This document shows, piece after piece, positions 44,385-50,322 of a DNA stretch of 50,322 bases (the stretch's first letter is position 1; each line of letters begins with the position of its first letter). Position numbers and translations under genes: made by a program. The notes under the pieces were generated by a model, which worked only from the letters and a program-made list of their open reading frames with translations, was not told the DNA's origin and did no database searches. The DNA is from an uncultured Bacilli bacterium (lineage in GTDB: Bacteria; Bacillota_I; Bacilli_A; RF39; UBA660): positions 1 to 50,322 of the forward strand of contig CANQRX010000002.1 in assembly GCA_947626425.1 (NCBI GenBank), read 5' to 3'.

Positions 44385-45639
44385 AATGACCACCTTTCTT
44401 TTTATTACGTTCTTTAATCGTTGAATTGCTTAAAAGACTTGTTGCTTTTAAAACACTATTTTTGCCAAACTGTTGATGAATTTGATCTAAAACCAAATCT
44501 AAATCATTTTGTTTTTCTTGCTTTTCTAAAGGATTAAATAAATCTAATTGAATACCTTGATACTTCGATAATTTTCCTAAAGCAATACTAACTTTTCTTA
44601 TTGGTGTATTTTCTTCATAATAACGATCAAAAATAATTTTGCAAACTTGAAATAAACTTTCCGTCGAGCGAGTAGGTAAATCTAATTTTGTGGAATGATA
44701 AAAACCTCCTCCGATATTTAAGGAATAACTAATTCCTAAATAAATTAAATTAGTTTCTAAATTTTTACTTCGAAGCCTTTTCGTTAACACCTCTAACATT
44801 TCTTCAATTATTAAAAATATTTCTTCATTGTAATAATCCTTAAAAAGGACTTGACTATGACTAATTGATTTTTCTTTTGGAGCATGGTTAAAATCGCTAA
44901 TTAAAGAGTTATCTATCCCATTCGCATGTTCCCATAATTCCTGACCAATAACACCAAACTTATTTTTTAAAAGCTCAGGGTTATAGTTTGCTAAATCCCC
45001 AACCGTTATTATTCCTAAATTATTAAGCCGTTTTTCCATTCGTGATCCAATTCCCCACATTTTGGAAAGGGGAGTGATTGGCCAAAGTTTAGAAGGCACA
45101 TCATTATAAGTCCATTTAGCTATGCCATTTTTATATTTTTTCGCTTCGACATCCATAGCTATTTTAGCTAAAAGTAAATTAGGTCCAATTCCACAAGTCG
45201 CAGTTAAACCTGTTTTTGCTTCAATCGTTTGTAAAATTTTTAATGCTAGCTGTTCATCCGTTAATTGGTAATAATCTAAATAAGTTGTAACATCTAAAAA
45301 ACATTCATCAATCGAATAAATATGTAAGTCATTTTCGCTAACAAAGTCTAAATAAATGTTAATAACTTCTTTACTTTTTTGGGTATATAAACCCATTCGT
45401 GGCGGAACAATTTGATATTTTATTTCTTTGGGAATATTATAAAGCCTAGTCCGAGAAGGAATATTTTGAGCTTTTAAAAAAGGCGTTATCGCTAAAGTAA
45501 TGGCACCCTTACCTTGTTTATCATTCGCAACGACTAAGGCAGTTGTAAAAGGATTTATTCCTCGTTCGACACATTCACAAGAAGCAAAAAAACTTTTTAA
45601 ATCAATACATAAAATATGGCGATTACTTTTTTGGTCCAT
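44377..45639 (-). CDS. Y-family DNA polymerase (UmuC/DinB-like, UvrX/YqjW type)
   Basis: GGAGGTG RBS before MDQKSNRHILCIDLKSFFASCE (catalytic D-x-K-x-F-F-A), SIDECFLDVT, and an HhH region. Confidence 0.85.
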   Translation of the reverse strand: MDQKSNRHILCIDLKSFFASCECVERGINPFTTALVVANDKQGKGAITLAITPFLKAQNIPSRTRLYNIPKEIKYQIVPPRMGLYTQKSKEVINIYLDFVSENDLHIYSIDECFLDVTTYLDYYQLTDEQLALKILQTIEAKTGLTATCGIGPNLLLAKIAMDVEAKKYKNGIAKWTYNDVPSKLWPITPLSKMWGIGSRMEKRLNNLGIITVGDLANYNPELLKNKFGVIGQELWEHANGIDNSLISDFNHAPKEKSISHSQVLFKDYYNEEIFLIIEEMLEVLTKRLRSKNLETNLIYLGISYSLNIGGGFYHSTKLDLPTRSTESLFQVCKIIFDRYYEENTPIRKVSIALGKLSKYQGIQLDLFNPLEKQEKQNDLDLVLDQIHQQFGKNSVLKATSLLSNSTIKERNKKKGGHYE

Positions 45640-45744
45640 TAAAAACACCTCCCAAACTTTTGTTCAATAACATTATAACAAAATTAGAAGGAAATACAAT
45701 TGACAAAAATTAACAATTTTGGGAAGATAAAACAGGTGAAGAAA

Positions 45745-46452
45745 ATGAACTTAAAAAAATCCGAATGGAACCAAACTGATTATAAAGAATATCTTAATTA
45801 CTTGTTATCTTTACAAGATAAAGAATACCTTACATTTCAACAAAAAATAGTTTTTACCAAATACGAAATGATTGGAATAAGAGTTCCTCTTCAAAGACAA
45901 ATAGCCAAGGAAATAATTAAAGGTAATGTTCAATCCTTTATCAAAGTTTGCCAAAATAAATATTACGAAGAAGTAAATATCAAAGGTTTAGTTATTGCTT
46001 ATTTAAAAGACCAAGGGGAAATTTATCTTGATGAATTTATAAAAGAAATTGATAACTGGGCCATTTGTGATGGATTTTGTAGTAGCTTAAAAATTGTTTT
46101 AAAGAGTCAAGACCAATATTTTCTAAAAATAAAAGAATATTTACAAAGTGATGAACCATATCCAATTCGGGTTGGACTCGTTTTATTATTAAATTATTAC
46201 GTGGAAGAAAAATATCTTTACCAAATCTTTGCCTTTGTAAAAGAAGTAAAACACCAAAATTATTATGTTAAAATGGCCATCGCTTGGTTAATAAGTATTT
46301 GCTTTATTAAATTTCCCAGCCAAACCGAAGAGCTTCTAAAAGCCAAAGAATTAGATGCTTTTATTCAAAATAAAGCGATTAGTAAAATTAGAGATTCGCA
46401 ACGTATTTCCAAAAGTGTTAAAGATAGTTTACTTATTTATCGAAAATTTTGA
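45745..46452 (+). CDS. DNA alkylation repair protein (AlkD/AlkC-like HEAT-repeat family)
   Basis: AGGTGA RBS before MNLKK. FQQKIVFTKYEMIGIRVPLQRQIAKE and NWAICDGFCSS are typical of the PF08713-like family. Confidence 0.7.
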   Translation: MNLKKSEWNQTDYKEYLNYLLSLQDKEYLTFQQKIVFTKYEMIGIRVPLQRQIAKEIIKGNVQSFIKVCQNKYYEEVNIKGLVIAYLKDQGEIYLDEFIKEIDNWAICDGFCSSLKIVLKSQDQYFLKIKEYLQSDEPYPIRVGLVLLLNYYVEEKYLYQIFAFVKEVKHQNYYVKMAIAWLISICFIKFPSQTEELLKAKELDAFIQNKAISKIRDSQRISKSVKDSLLIYRKF

Positions 46453-46465
46453 TGGTTTTTTAATC

Positions 46466-46494
46466 TTGAAAAAAAGAAGTTATTAACTTATAAT
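46466..46494 (+). promoter_or_regulatory. Sigma-A-type promoter TTGAAA-N17-TATAAT
   Basis: Read directly. Part of the 5' cassette shared with 21220-21430. Confidence 0.6.
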
Positions 46495-46536
46495 TTTAAG
46501 TAGAAAAACTAGGTAAAAAATGAAAGGAAAAAGAAA

Positions 46537-47938
46537 ATGAAAATTGATAATTATAAGTTAAAAAACAGAAAAAAAGCAAAAATTTTAATAGGAAGTATGG
46601 CCGGAATAATAGCCCTAGGGGGGGGGGTATATATTAAGTAGAAGTTATGGAAAATACCAAGTAGAACAAAGCTTTCCCATAATGGAAGGCCAAATAAAAA
46701 TTAGAAAAATAACAGTAGATTTAAGTTTAGAACCTTGTGATGATACAATTTTAGCTACAACAGAAGTAACCCCAGCAGATAATATTAAAAAGTATGAATA
46801 TCAAATTGACAGTGAAAGTTGGAAAGAAGGTTCTGCTACACAGAATTTTATTGTACCGTCGAGAGGGCATCATACAGTAAAAGTTAAAGTAACTGCGGGA
46901 TCAAAAACAGCTGAAACAAGTAAAGAGATAGATATGCCAGCCTCAGTAACCGTAGATATCTCTGGAAAAGCAATTCCACTTGTATCATGTGATCCAAATG
47001 GATTATATAAAGTCGAACATAACGAAGCGGATGTTGATGAAGGATTTAGCCATGAAGAATATCGTTATGCGGGAGTAAATTATACTGATGCAGATACACC
47101 ATATGTTCATAATTATGTAAAATTTAATGAAGAAAAATGGCGAATCATCGGATTAGTGAATGTAAAAACTGGAGAAGGCGCCTATGACCAACGATTAAAA
47201 ATCGTGCGAACTAGTGGAGTAGGTAACCAAAATAATTTTGGAAGTTATTATTGGAATAATAAAAGTAAAAATGATTGGACAAGTTCATCATTAAAAAATA
47301 TGTTAAACGGAATTTACTATAATAGTGGAAGTGGAAGTTGTTATACAACAAGTATTACAGCAACCCAATGTGATTTTAATTCTGAAAGTGGAACTTTACC
47401 AAAAGGATTAAGTCAAGAAGCTCGAGAAATGGTAGATGGAGAAGTAACATGGAATTTAGGAGGAACAAATGCTAATACTACTTCTACTTCTACAGTAACC
47501 CAATTTTATAATTATGAGCGAGGAACGACAGTGTATAGTAATCGACCAACGGAATGGACAAAAACCAATGATGCAAGTGAACATAAAGGAGTAGGCTTAA
47601 TTTATCCGAGTGATTATGGGTATGCCACGAATGGTGGAACCTCGGGAAGAGATTATTGCTTTTCAGAAGCATTATTTAAATGGGATACAGGAGATTATAA
47701 AACAAACTGTTCAAGTAATGATTGGTTAAAATCAAGTGGTTTAGTGTGGACGATTACGCCGGATTCGGGCAAATCCGGCAATGCGTTCTATGTCAACTCG
47801 TCGGGGTCTGTCGACGGCCGCTTCAGCGTCATTTACTCCCGAGTCGTCTGGCCCGTCGTATATCTGAAATCGAATGTTAAAATTATTGATGGAGATGGCA
47901 CTTTTCAAAATCCGTACATCTTATCTGTTCAAAATTAA
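46537..47938 (+). CDS. Phase-variable surface protein with Ig-like and lectin-like domains; currently frameshifted (OFF) at a G10 tract
   Basis: ATG 46537 encodes MKIDNYKLKNRKKAKILIGSMAGIIALGGG, then stops at 46639-46641. With G9, the frame continues YILSRSYGKYQVEQSFPIMEGQIK.. into ORF 46682-47938. Confidence 0.7.
46618..46627 (+). repeat. Homopolymeric G10 tract inside signal-anchor codons
   Basis: Counted directly. Confidence 0.9.
47759..47860 (+). other. DGR variable-region-like segment
   Basis: Same frame and length as 41519-41620. All 20 invariant codons are shared, and differences are confined to 14 codons. Confidence 0.55.
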
Positions 47939-47945
47939 AAGTTAG

Positions 47946-48002
47946 TCGAAGAGGTGTACTATCTAGTGTGTAAATATTATACACTAGATAGTACACCTTC
48001 GA
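47946..48002. other. Long perfect-stem hairpin/palindrome 8 nt after the stop codon
   Basis: GGTGTACTATCTAGTGT (47953-47969) pairs perfectly with ACACTAGATAGTACACC (47981-47997). Extra pairs on both sides extend the stem. No T-run follows. Confidence 0.7.
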
Positions 48003-48205
48003 TAATTTATAAAATGTGACCTTGTAAAGGTCGGCCAAAACAATAAATTTTGGACAAGTTATTGCAACACTTATTAGACATGTAAGTGCAACTACTTTAT
48101 TAATAATTGCATTTACTTGTCTAATTAAGAATTTATCGAAAATAATCTAGGAAATTTGTTAATTTCTTAATTTTTTAGTATAATAGGCCCCGAAGGACTG
48201 GTGCT

Positions 48206-50191
48206 ATGGATTTACAAGAAATTAAAGGTCTTGGCGAAAAAAATATTGAAACATTTTCGAAAGCTGGAATTGTTAGTTTACAAGATTTAATTCATTATTA
48301 TCCTTATCGTTATCAAATATTATCACCTACAAATATTTTATTTTGTCATGAAAATGAAACCGTTACTTTAAATGCTGAAATTATTGAAATAGGTAAAGTT
48401 GCCTATATCAGACCTAATTTTAATTCTTTACGGTTAAAAGTTCAAACTGATGGTATGATTATTAACGTTATAATTTTTAATCGAGGTTTTATGCGAAGTA
48501 AATTAAAAATTGGGCAAAACATAATTATAACGGGTAAGTATAAAATATCGACCAAAACTTTCACGGCTAATACTTTAAAAATCGGTAAATTAAAAGATGA
48601 TGAAATTATTCCAATGTATCATTCTATTAAAGGTTTAAAAAGTGTGCAAATTGAAAAAATAATGGCCAAAGTGTTAAAAAAAAATATAACAGATGCTGAT
48701 TATATACCTTATGTTTATTTAAAAAAATATCATTTTATGGATAAAAAAACGGCTTTGTTAAACATTCACAAACCTCAAGATGTTAACAGCCTTAATCAAG
48801 CTAAGCAACGGTTAATTTATGAAGAATTATTTGTTTTTCTTTTTAAAATGCAATATTTACAAAATCAAAAAATAAAAGAAGCAACATTATCGAAAAAAAT
48901 TGATCTTAACCAAGTTAAATCTTTTATAAACAATTTACCTTTTACTTTAACTAATGATCAAATCTCGGCAATTAAAGATGGCTTAAAAGACTTTATCTCT
49001 CAAAAACGTATGAATAGATTACTTTTAGGTGATGTCGGTAGTGGAAAAACGATTGTTGCTATAACTTTAATGTACGCTAATTATTTAGCTGGTTTTCAAA
49101 GTGCTTTTATGGCTCCTACCGAAATTTTAGCTACCCAACATTTTTATTCCGTTTATAATTTATTAAAACCTTATAATATTGAAGTCGAATTATTAATTGG
49201 AAGTATGACCAAAAGAGAAAAGAATCGTGTGATTGAAAAAGTTAAAAACAATGAAGTTAGTATTTTAATCGGAACGCATGCTATTTTAAATGACGAGTTA
49301 ATTTTTGCTAATTTAGGTTTTGTCATTACTGATGAACAGCATCGTTTTGGTGTTAATCAAAGAACAACCTTGCAAAATAAAGGAATTAAACCTGATGTTT
49401 TATTTATGAGCGCTACACCAATCCCTAGAACTTATGCTTTAACTATTTATGGAGATATGGATACTTCTTTTATTAAACAAAAACCAAATGGTCGGATGCC
49501 AGTTATCACTAAAGTTAAAAAAGAAAATGAATTAAAAGAGGTTTTATATCAAGTTTTAGAAGAAATTAAAAAAAATTATCAAGTATATGTTGTCGCCCCA
49601 ATGATTGTTGAAAATGAAGATACTAATTTAAAAAATGTCACCTTATTAAAAGAAAAATTTGCTTTGGCCTTTCATAATAAAGTTCCGACCGATATTTTGC
49701 ATGGTAAACTAAAAAACAAAGAAAAAGATGAAATAATGAATCGTTTTAAAAATGGCGAGACAAAAATTTTAATTTCCACAACTGTAATTGAAGTTGGTGT
49801 TGATGTTCCTAAAGCAACCACTATAATTATATTTAATGCGGAACGTTTTGGCTTAGCTACTTTGCATCAGTTACGCGGACGAGTAGGGCGTAATAATTTA
49901 CAAGGCTATTGCTATTTAATTTGTAATCAAGATATTGAAAGATTAAAAGTTTTAGAAGAAAGTAATGATGGTTTTTATATAAGTGAGAAAGACTTTCAAT
50001 TCCGAGGTGAAGGTGATTTATTTGGCGAAAAACAAAGTGGAGATATGTCTTTTTCTTTAGCTAACATTAAAAGAGACTATAATATTTTGTTGCAAGCCAA
50101 AGAAGATGTTGTCAAGTGGATGATGTCAAACGAATATCAAACAAATGTCAACTATAAAGAAATTGTCAAACAAATGAAATTTAATAATTGA
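48206..50191 (+). CDS. recG: ATP-dependent DNA helicase RecG
   Basis: Wedge-domain N-terminus, Walker A GDVGSGKT, DEQHRFG box, SATPIPRT, and QLRGRVGR motifs. Confidence 0.9.
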   Translation: MDLQEIKGLGEKNIETFSKAGIVSLQDLIHYYPYRYQILSPTNILFCHENETVTLNAEIIEIGKVAYIRPNFNSLRLKVQTDGMIINVIIFNRGFMRSKLKIGQNIIITGKYKISTKTFTANTLKIGKLKDDEIIPMYHSIKGLKSVQIEKIMAKVLKKNITDADYIPYVYLKKYHFMDKKTALLNIHKPQDVNSLNQAKQRLIYEELFVFLFKMQYLQNQKIKEATLSKKIDLNQVKSFINNLPFTLTNDQISAIKDGLKDFISQKRMNRLLLGDVGSGKTIVAITLMYANYLAGFQSAFMAPTEILATQHFYSVYNLLKPYNIEVELLIGSMTKREKNRVIEKVKNNEVSILIGTHAILNDELIFANLGFVITDEQHRFGVNQRTTLQNKGIKPDVLFMSATPIPRTYALTIYGDMDTSFIKQKPNGRMPVITKVKKENELKEVLYQVLEEIKKNYQVYVVAPMIVENEDTNLKNVTLLKEKFALAFHNKVPTDILHGKLKNKEKDEIMNRFKNGETKILISTTVIEVGVDVPKATTIIIFNAERFGLATLHQLRGRVGRNNLQGYCYLICNQDIERLKVLEESNDGFYISEKDFQFRGEGDLFGEKQSGDMSFSLANIKRDYNILLQAKEDVVKWMMSNEYQTNVNYKEIVKQMKFNN

Positions 50192-50295
50192 CAAAATTCT
50201 TATAATATATTAAATTGTATGTAGCGTAGCTATAAACGCTACGCCGATTCATGATCACGACCTTTAAATGAGAGTGAATCAACAAACCCCCTGAA

Positions 50296-50317
50296 GGAGC
50301 CGAAAGGCTCCATTTTT
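50296..50317 (+). terminator. Rho-independent terminator
   Basis: GGAGCC-GAAA-GGCTCC stem, then A and T5. Confidence 0.6.
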
Positions 50318-50322
50318 GTTGG

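Noticed and set aside
12285-47938. Treating the whole accessory stretch as a prophage, ICE or genomic island
   Set aside because: No integrase, recombinase, relaxase, or phage structural or replication genes are present. Housekeeping genes (pduL, dusB) are interspersed. The only tRNA is not adjacent to a detectable direct repeat.
1-50322. DGR reverse transcriptase, Avd or template repeat within the window
   Set aside because: I looked for an RT-like ORF (YxDD-type motif) and for an A-rich copy of the VR scaffold (tcgggc..tcgtcgggg..gtcgtctggcccgtcgt) in all intergenic regions. I found neither. The DGR interpretation therefore rests only on the VR-side signature and needs the rest of the genome.

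Overview
AT-rich (about 30% G+C by eye) chromosomal window from a low-GC Gram-positive bacterium (Bacillota, Erysipelotrichia/Clostridia-like). It uses the standard code, with TGA as stop. No rRNA, CRISPR array, integrase or transposase is visible.

Housekeeping backbone:
- ezrA, a HAD phosphatase, a cysteine desulfurase and thiI (1.5-6.6 kb)
- one tRNA-Glu
- pduL-dusB (18.8-20.3 kb)
- a Y-family polymerase/YolD pair, an alkylation-repair gene and recG (48.2-50.2 kb)

Accessory small modules:
- an AbiEi/AbiEii-like pair with a frameshifted toxin
- a Panacea-domain antitoxin plus an unknown partner
- a mosaic tandem duplication of AAA-ATPase/PD-(D/E)XK genes
- a HipA-like kinase

Main candidate system: a roughly 17-kb co-directional surface-apparatus locus (25.1-42.6 kb). 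In order it encodes:
- three paralogous Cys-containing type-I membrane proteins
- two giant Cys-rich secreted paralogs (1447 and 1172 aa)
- a small membrane protein
- a Tad/Flp-like core (CpaB-like SAF protein, CpaF/TadA ATPase, two TadB/C-like platform proteins), with no Flp prepilin, prepilin peptidase or TadZ in the window
- a G10 tract sitting in a promoter spacer
- a 614-aa fusion protein
- an NPQTA sorting-signal protein, with a convergent class B sortase

Satellite genes belong to the same protein families:
- three tandem genes (12.5-14.8 kb) encode the N-terminal domain of the 614-aa protein, each with a TasA/SipW-like Y-A-L/Y-W signal end
- two genes (21.3 and 46.5 kb) share its C-terminal lectin-like domain

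These satellites and the 614-aa gene appear to carry two layers of variation:
- Both satellite lectin-like genes are interrupted by a G10 tract in the signal-anchor codons. They are out of frame at G10 and in frame at G9.
- All three lectin-like genes end in a locally GC-rich, A-depleted segment of about 100 nt. The differences between paralogs follow the pattern expected of diversity-generating retroelement (DGR) variable regions. No reverse transcriptase or template repeat is present in the window.

All family names are recalled from motifs. No database search was possible.
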